Below are positions 46,482-56,710 of a stretch of DNA of 64,000 bases, one piece after another; position 1 is the first letter of the stretch, and each line of letters begins with the position of its first letter. Source of the DNA: Hyphomicrobiales bacterium. Lineage in GTDB: Bacteria; Pseudomonadota; Alphaproteobacteria; Rhizobiales; JAJFHR01. Below the pieces are notes generated by a model that saw only the letters and a program-made list of their open reading frames with translations, did not search any database and was not told the origin of the DNA. The translations under genes and the position numbers were made by a program. The stretch spans positions 18,871 through 82,870 of the forward strand of contig JAJFHS010000022.1 of the NCBI GenBank assembly GCA_021775475.1, written 5' to 3'.

Positions 46482-46760
46482 GTGAATAACGACGAACCAT
46501 ACGAGTGGAACGAGATAAAACGTCAAAGCAATCTGGAGAAACACGGCCAGGATTTTGCCGATGTCCGATTGCTGCAATGGAATTTGGCAATTTGCACCAC
46601 ACAGATTGTGAAAGGTGAAACGCGCATTCTAAGCTACGTCCCGCTCAACAATCGCCTTTTCGCGGTTGTCCACACGGAGCGTGGTGTGAAACGCCGTATT
46701 ATCAGCTTTCGCAAAGCCAATAGTAGAGAGATGGATTATTATGAAAGAGAAACTGATTAG
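46482..46760 (+). CDS. brnT: BrnT-family ribonuclease toxin
   Basis: YEWNEIKRQSNLEKHG.DF, GETR and RIISFRKANSRE motifs. Confidence 0.9.
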   Translation: MNNDEPYEWNEIKRQSNLEKHGQDFADVRLLQWNLAICTTQIVKGETRILSYVPLNNRLFAVVHTERGVKRRIISFRKANSREMDYYERETD

Positions 46761-46995
46761 GAACCTCCCTGAGGAAGACGTCGAAATCCAGAAAGGCATC
46801 GCCGCCGACCCTGATACCTTTACCCTTGAACAATTCAAGAAAGCCAAACGCGGTCGCCCGCCGATGCCTGAAGCCGAGAGAAAACAGCAGGTGACCATGT
46901 TGCTGGATAAAGACGTGATTTCTCACTTCAAGAAAGATGGCCGCGGCTGGCAAACACGGGCAAATGAAGCCCTGCGCAAGGCGGCGGGGCTGTAG
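46741..46995 (+). CDS. brnA: BrnA-family antitoxin
   Basis: RGRPP..K..VT..LDKDV..HFK..GRGWQTRAN.AL; overlaps the toxin. Confidence 0.9.
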   Translation: MKEKLIRNLPEEDVEIQKGIAADPDTFTLEQFKKAKRGRPPMPEAERKQQVTMLLDKDVISHFKKDGRGWQTRANEALRKAAGL

Positions 46996-47078
46996 GTGTA
47001 GTTACGAAATACACTGAATTAAGATGGCAGTATCTTGTAGGAATACGGTAATGGCTATTGCAGGTGAGAAATTTTGCT

Positions 47079-48041
47079 ATGGAACCTAACGCCAGGCAAC
47101 AACGATTATTTGAGATATTCCATCCATTTGCGGTGAAGAAAACAAAAAAACGTTCAAAGCCAGGAAAGCGCTTTGTACATTACACAAGTGCTGAAAATGC
47201 CGTTTCGATGATTGTCAAAAAAGAAATATGGATGCGCAAGGCCAGCCTGATGAACGATTATATGGAAATCGAACATGGTATGGAATGTTTGCAGCATTCC
47301 TATGATGGCGAGAATGGTGATGAATTTCGCCAGGCAATTGATGACCTATTCCCCGGCATATCAGATGAGTTGCAAGAGCGCTTCAACGGTTGGTTACCTC
47401 ATTTTCGAGTAGGAACATTTCTAACAAGTCTTTCTGAACATGACAAATCGGAAGATGAACATGGAAGGTTGTCTATGTGGCGATCTTACGGCGGGGTCAC
47501 GGGAGTTGGTGTGGTGCTTAATCCTGCTGTGTTCTTGACACCATCCGATGCGTTAAACGCCTATACCAGCCCTGTAGCTTATTTAAATCCCAAAGAATTT
47601 AAAATGAAATTCGATGAAATAACTACAAATGTTATGAACAAGACAGATTGGTTAAAGACATGCGAAAAACAGATTGTGCTCAACTATTTATTTTCCATGT
47701 TTCGATTTGCCGTCCTTTGTACAAAACACCCAGGATTTGCCGAAGAACGTGAATGGCGCATTATTTATGCTCCAGAATTTGAAAAATCAAAGCGGATAAT
47801 TGAGGAAATAAAAACGATCAAGGGTATCCCACAAACGATTTGCAAATTACCCCTGAAAGATTTTCCTGAAGAAGGTCTTGTTGGGGCATCTATTCCCGAA
47901 CTTGTTGAGCGAATAATTGTTGGTCCAAACGATCATGCATATGAAGTTAAGGCAACTTTCATAAGGTTGCTTCAAGGCGCGGGTATGAGCGATGCATCTC
48001 AAAAGGTCTTTGTTTCTGGTATTCCTTTGAGGTCAAATTGA
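47079..48041 (+). CDS. DUF2971-like protein
   Basis: HYTS, MND..E, SLSE, LSMWRSY, KHPGFAEEREWR and IIVGP motifs; AT-rich. Confidence 0.78.
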   Translation: MEPNARQQRLFEIFHPFAVKKTKKRSKPGKRFVHYTSAENAVSMIVKKEIWMRKASLMNDYMEIEHGMECLQHSYDGENGDEFRQAIDDLFPGISDELQERFNGWLPHFRVGTFLTSLSEHDKSEDEHGRLSMWRSYGGVTGVGVVLNPAVFLTPSDALNAYTSPVAYLNPKEFKMKFDEITTNVMNKTDWLKTCEKQIVLNYLFSMFRFAVLCTKHPGFAEEREWRIIYAPEFEKSKRIIEEIKTIKGIPQTICKLPLKDFPEEGLVGASIPELVERIIVGPNDHAYEVKATFIRLLQGAGMSDASQKVFVSGIPLRSN

Positions 48042-48079
48042 TTGGTGTTATTTTGAGGGAAAATTTTTAGTCAAAATCT

Positions 48080-49126
48080 TTACCCCACCTTATCAAACAC
48101 CATCACCTTCGACAAAAAAGCGCGGGAATGCCCTTTGTATTCTAGGCCCGCATTCGCAAACATCTTGATGAAATCTTCCCTGACGTAGCTTGACATATAG
48201 GGCTCATGAAAACCGGCCTCAAATAATTCGAGCAAGCCGTCGTAACCTTCGGCGTCGCCGTTTTGGATTGAGTCAACGAAGATAAAGCGGCCATCGGGTT
48301 TCAGGCATCTGGCGATGTCGGTTGCGACAATCTTTCGGATTTCAGGCGGCAATTCGTGGAACAGGAATATTGCGGTGATGATATCCTGGCTACCGTCAGC
48401 CACTGGCATGGCTTCAGCGTTGGCTGTCAGCAGTTTAATGCCGGAATATTGTTTCAGATGGCTTTCGGCTTCATAGAGATAGCTCTGCGACAAATCAAGG
48501 CCAATGACGGGCAGGCGCGGATAGGTCTTTTTGACAAAACGCAAAAACCGCCCGGTGCCACAGGCCACATCCAATAATCGCAACCGGCGCTGGTCCTTGT
48601 CCTTCATATATTCTGCCAAAGGCACCAGCGCCTGCCGGCGCATGGCGTTGGCAGCACCGGTGAACAGAACCTCCACTTGCATGTCGTAAAGTTTTGCCGA
48701 GTCCTCGGTCAGGTAGCCTCCGGTTTGAAAGTGAAAATTCTGGGTGAAGTATCCGGGCAGATCGCCCTTGATTTCCAGTTCACGCACTTCATGCACGTCG
48801 CGTTTTTCACGCCGCTGGTTGACCATGGACAGATCACTAAAAAAAGCCCGGCTTTTTGCCAGTATCGACACGAGGCTGCCATCATGGTCAACCGGTACGG
48901 CGTAGATGTCCTGGTCAGCGTTTTTCAGATCACGTTCAAACAACCCGGCGAGATCCCTCATAAGCACGGCTCTGTCAGGAGTAGCCTCTTGCGGGCGAAA
49001 AGCTTCACCTGTTTTGGTTTTGAGAGGTGCCTGTCGCTTTTGTGCTGCCAGGTAATGAGAATAAAACCAAGCCACCCGCGCACCCTGGCGGGCGGTAAAA
49101 AGCGCTTTTTGCAAAGGTGACACCAT
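48080..49126 (-). CDS. Class I SAM-dependent methyltransferase
   Basis: QNFHFQTGG, LDVACGTG and FLFHELP; conserved downstream of tlyA. Confidence 0.88.
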   Translation of the reverse strand: MVSPLQKALFTARQGARVAWFYSHYLAAQKRQAPLKTKTGEAFRPQEATPDRAVLMRDLAGLFERDLKNADQDIYAVPVDHDGSLVSILAKSRAFFSDLSMVNQRREKRDVHEVRELEIKGDLPGYFTQNFHFQTGGYLTEDSAKLYDMQVEVLFTGAANAMRRQALVPLAEYMKDKDQRRLRLLDVACGTGRFLRFVKKTYPRLPVIGLDLSQSYLYEAESHLKQYSGIKLLTANAEAMPVADGSQDIITAIFLFHELPPEIRKIVATDIARCLKPDGRFIFVDSIQNGDAEGYDGLLELFEAGFHEPYMSSYVREDFIKMFANAGLEYKGHSRAFLSKVMVFDKVG

Positions 49127-49175
49127 AGCTCAAATCCTCATCACAGCTGCAACTATGACGGAAAATGGGGCGTAT

Positions 49176-49922
49176 TCAAGGTTTGACGGCATGAAGCAGA
49201 AATTCCTCATTGCCATCGCTGCCACTCACCGGCGATGGCATCAGGCCCGAAACCTGCCAGTTCAATTCCTCTGTCAGCCAGGTTGTTATGTCTTCAACAG
49301 CTTTCTGGCGCACCTCATCATCGCGCACAATACCGCCTTTGCCCAAGTTGTTACGACCGACTTCGAATTGTGGCTTGATCAATGCAATCAGATTTGCATT
49401 GGCTGTCGCCAGACCCAACACCTGGGGCAGGGCAAGTTTGAGGGAAATGAAACTGACATCACAGACAATCACATTGAGAGGCTCAGGCATGTGGGTTTTG
49501 GTGATGTGACGGGCATTGAGACCTTCCATCGAAATCACTCGTTGGTCATGACGCAGGCTTTGAACAAGCTGGTGGTGGCCGACATCAACCGCATAGATGC
49601 GCGTAGCACCGCGCTCCAGCAGGATTTGAGAAAACCCGCCGGTAGACGCACCAATGTCAGCGGCAATGGCACCGCTAACATCCACATCAAAATGATCGAG
49701 TGCGCTCAACAGTTTAAGGGCTGCGCGTGAAACGTACTTAAGTGCCGGATCTGAAATACCAATATCGCTGGTAGTCTCGACCCGTTGTCCGGGTTTTTCT
49801 GCGGTAGCGCCATTGATTGCCACATGGCCGCGCTTGATGGCGTCAGCGGCTCTGGAGCGGGTGGCAAAGAGTTTGCGGCTGACGAGTAACTGGTCCAGTC
49901 GCGTTCTTTTGCTGGTGCTCAT
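49176..49922 (-). CDS. tlyA: TlyA rRNA 2'-O-methyltransferase
   Basis: S4 domain, YVSRAALKL, DIGASTGGF, DVSFISL and KPQFE motifs; coupled to the dxs stop. Confidence 0.93.
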   Translation of the reverse strand: MSTSKRTRLDQLLVSRKLFATRSRAADAIKRGHVAINGATAEKPGQRVETTSDIGISDPALKYVSRAALKLLSALDHFDVDVSGAIAADIGASTGGFSQILLERGATRIYAVDVGHHQLVQSLRHDQRVISMEGLNARHITKTHMPEPLNVIVCDVSFISLKLALPQVLGLATANANLIALIKPQFEVGRNNLGKGGIVRDDEVRQKAVEDITTWLTEELNWQVSGLMPSPVSGSDGNEEFLLHAVKP

Positions 49923-51835
49923 CAGGCGAGTTTTGGTGCTTTGTCCAGTTCAACACGCGCCAATGCGGACAGGACGGTGTCAAAAATGCCCGCTGCCGCC
50001 AGCCCGGCCTGTTCATACATAACGTCAGGCTTGTTGTGATCGGTGAACTCATCGGGCAGGGTCAGGCTGCGCACTTTGAGGCCGGCATCAAGCAGGCCTT
50101 CGTTGGCGAGAAAGTTTAGGACATGTGAGCCAAAACCGCCCACCGAGCCTTCTTCCACCGTTACCAGAACCTCGTGATCGAGAGCCAGTTGACGCACGAG
50201 TTCTTCGTCCAGCGGCTTGGCAAAGCGGGCATCAGCGACAGTGGTGGAAAGACCATGGGCGTTCAGGTCTTCGGCTGTCTTGATACATTCCTGCAAGCGC
50301 GTACCCAGGCTTAAAATGGCGACAGATTTACCCTCGCAAATAATGCGGCCCTTGCCAATTTCCAGTGGCACACCCACTTCGGGCAATTCAACGCCAACCC
50401 CTTCACCGCGCGGATATCGAAATGCGCACGGGCAATCGTCTATGCTGCGGGCCGTGGCCACCATATGCACCAGTTCGGCTTCATCTGCCGGTGCCATCAC
50501 CACGAAACCCGGCAAGGTGGCAAGATAGGTTATATCGAACGAGCCTGCATGCGTGGGACCATCGGCACCAACAAAACCGGCGCGATCAATGGCAAACCTG
50601 ACCGGCAGCTTTTGTACCGCCACATCATGGACGATCTGGTCATAGGCACGCTGGAGGAATGTGGAATATATGGCAACAAACGGCTTGTAGCCTTCGGTGG
50701 CAAGACCCGCGGCAAAGGTGACCGCATGTTGTTCGGCGATGCCCACATCAAAAGAGCGGTTGGGATAAGCTTTTTCAAACACATCAAGCCCGGTGCCTGA
50801 GGGCATGGCGGCGGTTACTGCGACAATTTTACTGTCTTTTTCGGCTTCTTTTACAAGCGCATTGGCAAAGACCTTGGTGTAGCTGGGTGCGTTGGCTATG
50901 GGTTTTGACTGCGCTCCGGTGATGACATCAAACCTTGCGACCGCATGGTTTTTATCGTCGGAATTTTCCGCCGGTGCATAACCTTTGCCTTTTTTGGTTA
51001 CCACATGGATTAAAATAGGGCCTTCGGTGGAATCGCGTACATTGCGCAATACCGGCAGCAAATGGTCAAAATTATGACCGTCTATGGGACCAACGTAATA
51101 AAAACCCAACTCTTCAAACATAGTGCCACCGGTCCAGAAGGCTCTGGTATATTCTTCTGCACGCTGGGCTTTTTCCTGAAAAAACTTGGGCAGTTTTTTG
51201 CTCAGTTGTTTGGCAAAACTGCGGAAACTTCGATAGGTGCCACCTGAAATCAGCCGGGCAAGATAGGCACTCATGGCACCGACGGGGGGCGCAATCGACA
51301 TATCATTGTCATTGAGAATGACGATCAGGCGGCTGTCCATGGAGCCGGCATTGTTCATGGCTTCATACGCCATGCCCGCACTCATGGCACCATCGCCAAT
51401 GACAGCGATAACGTTATTCTTGCGGCCATCAAGATCGCGGGCAACAGCCATGCCAAGACCGGCTGAAATTGATGTCGACGAATGGCCGGCACCAAAAGGG
51501 TCATAGGCACTTTCGCCACGCTTGGTGAAGCCTGAAAGGCCATCAGCCTGGCGCAATGAGCGGATACGATCACGCCTGCCGGTAAGAATTTTATGCGGGT
51601 AAGCCTGATGGCCCACATCCCACAGGACGCGATCATCAGGGGTATTAAACACATGATGGAGTGCCACCGTCAGCTCTACAACGCCAAGACCGGCACCCAG
51701 ATGGCCACCGGTTACAGACACTGCACTTACGGTCTCTGCACGCAGTTCATCAGCTACCTGAGGCAACTGCTCATCACTCAGTGCCCGCAGGAAATCGGGC
51801 GTTTTTATCGTGTCCAAAAGCGGAGTATTCGTCAT
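49922..51835 (-). CDS. dxs: 1-deoxy-D-xylulose-5-phosphate synthase
   Basis: [31 protein letters not shown] and DGPTHAG motifs. Confidence 0.97.
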   Translation of the reverse strand: MTNTPLLDTIKTPDFLRALSDEQLPQVADELRAETVSAVSVTGGHLGAGLGVVELTVALHHVFNTPDDRVLWDVGHQAYPHKILTGRRDRIRSLRQADGLSGFTKRGESAYDPFGAGHSSTSISAGLGMAVARDLDGRKNNVIAVIGDGAMSAGMAYEAMNNAGSMDSRLIVILNDNDMSIAPPVGAMSAYLARLISGGTYRSFRSFAKQLSKKLPKFFQEKAQRAEEYTRAFWTGGTMFEELGFYYVGPIDGHNFDHLLPVLRNVRDSTEGPILIHVVTKKGKGYAPAENSDDKNHAVARFDVITGAQSKPIANAPSYTKVFANALVKEAEKDSKIVAVTAAMPSGTGLDVFEKAYPNRSFDVGIAEQHAVTFAAGLATEGYKPFVAIYSTFLQRAYDQIVHDVAVQKLPVRFAIDRAGFVGADGPTHAGSFDITYLATLPGFVVMAPADEAELVHMVATARSIDDCPCAFRYPRGEGVGVELPEVGVPLEIGKGRIICEGKSVAILSLGTRLQECIKTAEDLNAHGLSTTVADARFAKPLDEELVRQLALDHEVLVTVEEGSVGGFGSHVLNFLANEGLLDAGLKVRSLTLPDEFTDHNKPDVMYEQAGLAAAGIFDTVLSALARVELDKAPKLA

Positions 51836-52068
51836 CTGGTAAAACTTAAGGCCGTTGTTTTATCGGAATATCAGCGGACATCTTAGCGTCCGACACCATC
51901 TATCGCAAATCCGGTGAAAATAAGATAGGAAAAACATGTGATCTATACGGCTAAAATACTTAATATCCCACTTCGATTGAAGGTGAGCCCGCTTTAGTTA
52001 TTGTCGCACGGGTGCTATGTGTCTAAGCTTGCCCGGGTTGAATTTATGAACTGTTTGGGAGGACGTTC

Positions 52069-53697
52069 GTGAAAGGATTGATGCAGGACTGGCCACTATT
52101 GGTGCCAACCATTCTGGAACATGCATGTACATACCATGGCACCCGCGAAATTATTTCGCGTACCACCGAAGGACCGATTCACCGCTACACCTATAATGAT
52201 TTGGCCCGTCGCGCTCGCAAACTGGCCAGTGCGATGGACAGGTTTGGCGTAAAACAGGGTGATATCATTGGTACTATGGCGTGGAACGGTTATCGTCATA
52301 TGGAAATCTGGTATGGCCTCATGGGCCATGGCGCCATTGTCCACACGCTCAACCCCCGACTGTTTTCCGATCAACTCGCCTACATCATTAATCATGCCGA
52401 AGATCGTTATATCTTCCTCGATTTAACCTTCGTACCTCTAATGGAAGCGCTTCAGGAACGATTGCCGTTGGTGAAAGGGTTCATCATCATGACCGATGAC
52501 GAACACATGCCCGAAACAGCTTTGAAAAACGCCATCTGCTACGAAGAGCTGCTTGCTGGCGGAGATGAGGAGTATCAGTGGCCTGAGTTGGACGAAAGTA
52601 CCGCCTGCGGCCTCTGTTACACCTCAGGTACAACCGGTAACCCCAAGGGAGTTTTATATTCCCACCGCTCCAATGTTCTCCACGCTTTAACCACCAATGG
52701 TGCTGACGCCCTCGGCCTCAAAAGTCAGGACAGTGTGATGGCGGTTGTACCAATGTTTCATGCCAACGCCTGGTCACTGGTTTTCTCGGCACCCATGGCA
52801 GGAGCCAACATCGTCATGCCCGGCGCCCTGATGGATGGTGCCAGTATCTATGAAATGCTCAAAGTGGGAAAGGTGACGCTGACTGCTGCCGTGCCGACAA
52901 TCTGGCAGATGCTGATCTCATATCTTGGCCAAAGCGGAGAAAGTCTCGAACATCTGCAACGCGTGGTCATCGGCGGGGCAGCGTGCCCGCCCTCAATGAT
53001 AGAGACCTTTGAAAAAACTTACCAAACGCAAGTCATCCATGCTTGGGGAATGACAGAAATGAGTCCGCTTGGGTCTTTGTGTACAATCAAGGGCGGGTTG
53101 GATGATCTCAGTGCCGAAGAAAAACAGGCGCTGAAAATCAAACAGGGCAGGCCGCCCTATATGGTTGAGATGAAAATCATTGATGATGACGGCAATGAGC
53201 TGCCGCGTGATGGCAAAGCCTTTGGCCATTTGATGGTAAAAGGCCCGTGTGTAGCCTCCGACTACCTCAAAAATGAGGACGAACCGATTGTCGATGACGA
53301 AGGCTGGTTCGACACCGGAGATGTCTCAACTCTCGATCAGCACGGCTATATGCAAATTACCGACCGCGCCAAGGATGTGATCAAATCCGGCGGCGAATGG
53401 ATATCCACCATCGACGTTGAAAACCTTGCTGTCGGTCACAGCCACGTCGAAGAAGCCGCCGTCATCGGCATTACCCACCCCAAATGGGACGAACGCCCCT
53501 TGCTGGTGATCGTGCGCAAGCCGGGAAGTGAGATCAGTGGCGATGAAATCAAAGCCTACCTGACGGGCAAACTGGCCAAATGGTGGATGCCCGATGATGT
53601 GGTCTTCGTCGATGAAATTCCTCACACGGCAACGGGAAAAATCCACAAACTGACGTTGCGGGAAACATTCAAGGATTACGTTTTGTCAACGGCTTGA
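52069..53697 (+). CDS. Acyl-CoA ligase (DmdB/AlkK-like)
   Basis: YTSGTTGNPKG, WGMTEMSP, TGD and KSGGEWIS; GGAGG RBS, GTG start. Confidence 0.92.
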   Translation: MKGLMQDWPLLVPTILEHACTYHGTREIISRTTEGPIHRYTYNDLARRARKLASAMDRFGVKQGDIIGTMAWNGYRHMEIWYGLMGHGAIVHTLNPRLFSDQLAYIINHAEDRYIFLDLTFVPLMEALQERLPLVKGFIIMTDDEHMPETALKNAICYEELLAGGDEEYQWPELDESTACGLCYTSGTTGNPKGVLYSHRSNVLHALTTNGADALGLKSQDSVMAVVPMFHANAWSLVFSAPMAGANIVMPGALMDGASIYEMLKVGKVTLTAAVPTIWQMLISYLGQSGESLEHLQRVVIGGAACPPSMIETFEKTYQTQVIHAWGMTEMSPLGSLCTIKGGLDDLSAEEKQALKIKQGRPPYMVEMKIIDDDGNELPRDGKAFGHLMVKGPCVASDYLKNEDEPIVDDEGWFDTGDVSTLDQHGYMQITDRAKDVIKSGGEWISTIDVENLAVGHSHVEEAAVIGITHPKWDERPLLVIVRKPGSEISGDEIKAYLTGKLAKWWMPDDVVFVDEIPHTATGKIHKLTLRETFKDYVLSTA

Positions 53698-53705
53698 AAC
53701 AAGCC

Positions 53706-54623
53706 TTAAGCCAACCAGTAGGTAACCTCAAGACTCAACGCCCCCTCGAAATCCACCTTGCCCTGAGCGTGCAGATGTTCCATATGCGCCAACACCGAAA
53801 GGGAAGCTGCACCATGCAATTTTGGGTTGAGGCCGGAATAGATTTTGAGCACAATATCTATAATCTTGTGCGGGCCCTGGCTCAGGGTATCGAGGATGGC
53901 ATTCTCGCGCATTTTTCGGTGGGTTATGTAGCCTTTGACCAGTCTTTGCGGGGCTTCAATCGGTGCTCCATGGGTGGGCCAGTAGATAGTATCATCGCGG
54001 GCATGCACCAGCCGCAGGGACGCCATATATTCTGCCATATTGCCATCAGGCGGGGCAACAACACTTGTCGACCAGCCCATCACCAGGTCACCGACAAACA
54101 AAGCCTTGTGGCGCTCAAGCGCAAAAGCCATGTGATTGGCCGAATGACCTGGCGTAAACACGCATTCGAACCTGAAATCCTTACCCTCAATCATGTCGCC
54201 GTGATCAATGACGTTGTCGGGCACAAAATCCATGTCACCACTGCCTTCAAGGCCCAAAGCCTCAACTGACGATGTATATTCCGTTTTCCTCAAACCATGC
54301 GGACCGACGCCGTATGTTTCTGCCCCGGTGATTTGCTTCAGCCGCGCCGCCAGTGGCGAATGATCATGGTGCGTGTGGGTAATCAAAATGTGAGTTAACG
54401 TAGCCGAACCGATCGCCTTCAACAGGGCATCAAGATGTTCGTCATCATCAGGGCCGGGGTCAATGACGGCCAGATGCCTGTCGCCAATGAGAAAGGTGCC
54501 GGTACCCTTGAAAGTCATCGGACCGGGATTGTTGGCGACAATGCGGCGCACGTCAGCGTTGATTTCAACGGCGATGCCGTAATTGGGATCGAATTTCTGG
54601 GATAGCCCGAGATTGTGTGACAT
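53706..54623 (-). CDS. MBL-fold metallo-hydrolase (LACTB2-like)
   Basis: THTHHDH, TPGHSANH, GDLVM and PTHG motifs. Confidence 0.9.
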   Translation of the reverse strand: MSHNLGLSQKFDPNYGIAVEINADVRRIVANNPGPMTFKGTGTFLIGDRHLAVIDPGPDDDEHLDALLKAIGSATLTHILITHTHHDHSPLAARLKQITGAETYGVGPHGLRKTEYTSSVEALGLEGSGDMDFVPDNVIDHGDMIEGKDFRFECVFTPGHSANHMAFALERHKALFVGDLVMGWSTSVVAPPDGNMAEYMASLRLVHARDDTIYWPTHGAPIEAPQRLVKGYITHRKMRENAILDTLSQGPHKIIDIVLKIYSGLNPKLHGAASLSVLAHMEHLHAQGKVDFEGALSLEVTYWLA

Positions 54624-54754
54624 AGGCTAACCTTTTGCACAAAGACAAGCGTTCTCACAAGGCCTAAACCATCAGTGGCTTGTCATCTTGCTGCTGGCAC
54701 CATATAAAAGTTATCCAAGCATTCTTTCTGGCAATAAAAAGAGTAAGGCATCCC

Positions 54755-55363
54755 ATGGCTAATTTACTTTCAGCTCCCGCAACCCTGGCAGCCGCCGTCT
54801 GGTCGCAAGACAAATCAAATGCGGTTTTGCGCAACACCGTTCTCGCAATTGCCGGAACAATGGTTTTATGGCTCAGTGCCAAAATACAAATTCCCTTCTA
54901 TCCCGTGCCTTTGAACCTGGGTACTCTGGCGGTGTTGCTGATTGGTGCCGCTTACGGCTGGCGTCTGGGTCTGGCGACTGTAGCGCTTTACCTTGCGCAA
55001 GGAGCAGCCGGTCTGCCGGTGTTTGCCGGAACGCCGGAAAAAGGCCTCGGCCTCGCCTATATGCTTGGTGGCACTGGCGGTTATCTTGTTGGCTTCCTGC
55101 TTGCTGTTGCTGCGGTAGGGTGGTTGGCAGAACGCGGGTTTGATCGCAATTTCTTCACCACGGCTGTGGCGATGTTGATCGGTAATGCGCTGATCTATAT
55201 TCCCGGCCTTCTGTGGCTTGGCGCTTTGTTTGGCTGGGACAAGCCGATATTGGAATGGGGCCTCTATCCGTTCATCTATGGTGATCTCACCAAACTCGCT
55301 CTCGCCGCCGCAATCTTGCCCGGTGCCTGGTTTCTGGTGAACAAAATCAAGGGCCGCAAGTAA
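54755..55363 (+). CDS. bioY: Biotin transporter BioY
   Basis: PVPLNL, GLPVFAG and GGTGGYLVGF motifs. Confidence 0.92.
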   Translation: MANLLSAPATLAAAVWSQDKSNAVLRNTVLAIAGTMVLWLSAKIQIPFYPVPLNLGTLAVLLIGAAYGWRLGLATVALYLAQGAAGLPVFAGTPEKGLGLAYMLGGTGGYLVGFLLAVAAVGWLAERGFDRNFFTTAVAMLIGNALIYIPGLLWLGALFGWDKPILEWGLYPFIYGDLTKLALAAAILPGAWFLVNKIKGRK

Positions 55364-55621
55364 TTCAAAACTGTCTGAATTTTCAATGTCTTATACATAT
55401 TTATCAAGTTAAGGTTATGGATCAGCATGGCGAATCAGATCGTTAGAAACATGCGCTAAGGATTTGGCAGAAAAGAGTTTTCTCCCTTGAAGGGAAACTC
55501 GCTGTTTTCGGACTTTTTGGCAGGCGGTAAAACAAGAAACAATCGTGGTTGGTGTCAATGAGACCATAGCTGGGCTGAGCCTTGCCCTTTGCCCTGAGAG
55601 ACAGGATTTCAAATCAGCCGC

Positions 55622-55861
55622 TCAACCGACTGACACACTTCTTTCAGAATTCAGCAGTTTTTTGCCGGGTCCGGTCAATCGTACAATTGTTCCCAAATCT
55701 TTGTGCTGCTTGCGCACTACCAGACCATGATCACAAGCATCTTCCCAGATTGGCAGGCGCGGGCACGATGTGCGCCACGCCGCCATAACCTCATTGTAAG
55801 TGCGCGGGTGTTTAGCCACCCATTCCAGCAAATCCAAAACCAATGACTTGTTTTCCAGCAT
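55622..55861 (-). CDS. Small conserved hypothetical protein (79 aa, possibly winged-helix)
   Basis: LVLDLLEWV...RTYNEVMAAWRTSCPRLPIWEDA pattern recalled from alphaproteobacterial hypotheticals. Confidence 0.7.
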   Translation of the reverse strand: MLENKSLVLDLLEWVAKHPRTYNEVMAAWRTSCPRLPIWEDACDHGLVVRKQHKDLGTIVRLTGPGKKLLNSERSVSVG

Positions 55862-55887
55862 TTTTCCTCGTCTTTCCCGGGGGCAGC

Positions 55888-56613
55888 TCACCCGGCAACG
55901 GATTGTTGGCCCGGAGGCATTCTGTCGCGCCGCAACCGCCAGGTTTTCCACGATGCTGCCATTTGCAACACGATTATGGCGGTAACCAGCCCGGCAAACG
56001 GCCATTGTACCCAGTTTGGTTCAGGTACGGCGCGATGATAATCCTGAAAATGCAGGTAAAGGAAATAGGCGGTGTGAACAACGATCAACATCCACAATAC
56101 ATAAGCGCTCTGTTGCAGGTATTTCCAGATCGGCCCGCTTAAAATCCGCTGACTCCAGTTGCTGGACGATAGTGCCAGCACCAGTCCATAGAACAGAGCG
56201 ACAATGCCAATGACGTTGGCCAGACCGAAACCCTGCTTCAACATAATGTAGACGCCGGTAGGATGAAGCTGGTAGCCGAACAGACGCATCCATTCCCATT
56301 CAACCCAGCCGGCAAGGATGATAAAGGTGTGAATAATGGCAAGTATAACACCATAAATGCCAAACTCGCGACGCCAGGGAATAGCAGCCCGTGCTCTTGG
56401 TATCAGCCGCGACAGTGGTCCAATAGCCATTGAAAAAGCTATCAAAATTACGCTCATATCACCAATGGCGCGGTTCCAACGATGCATTTCCGACCATTGC
56501 GCACGCGATTCCAAAAATGCGTAGGTGCCTATGACGGAAATAATTATTACCAGTAAATGGCGTGTTTTCCAGCCGATTGTCAGCCGCTTTGATGTTTTAA
56601 CTGTAGTGTTCAT
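55888..56613 (-). CDS. Ferric reductase-like transmembrane protein (MsrQ/YedZ-like)
   Basis: WRREFGI..H, LALSSSN, WKYLQ..AY...H; about six TM segments. Confidence 0.78.
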   Translation of the reverse strand: MNTTVKTSKRLTIGWKTRHLLVIIISVIGTYAFLESRAQWSEMHRWNRAIGDMSVILIAFSMAIGPLSRLIPRARAAIPWRREFGIYGVILAIIHTFIILAGWVEWEWMRLFGYQLHPTGVYIMLKQGFGLANVIGIVALFYGLVLALSSSNWSQRILSGPIWKYLQQSAYVLWMLIVVHTAYFLYLHFQDYHRAVPEPNWVQWPFAGLVTAIIVLQMAASWKTWRLRRDRMPPGQQSVAG

Positions 56614-56710
56614 CGAATTTTTGACGTCCTTTGTTTCTGTCGGAACCATCAGGAAAATCTGTGCCCGGACGGATAAACGAAAAATTAGTTTTTTTCGTGG
56701 CGGGTTCAAA

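Noticed and set aside
55581-55603. Minus-strand CTCTCAGGGCAAAGGGCAAG resembling a glycine riboswitch 3' segment
   Set aside because: Upstream GGAGA and CCGAAG elements are absent, and it lies downstream of a gene with no plausible regulated ORF
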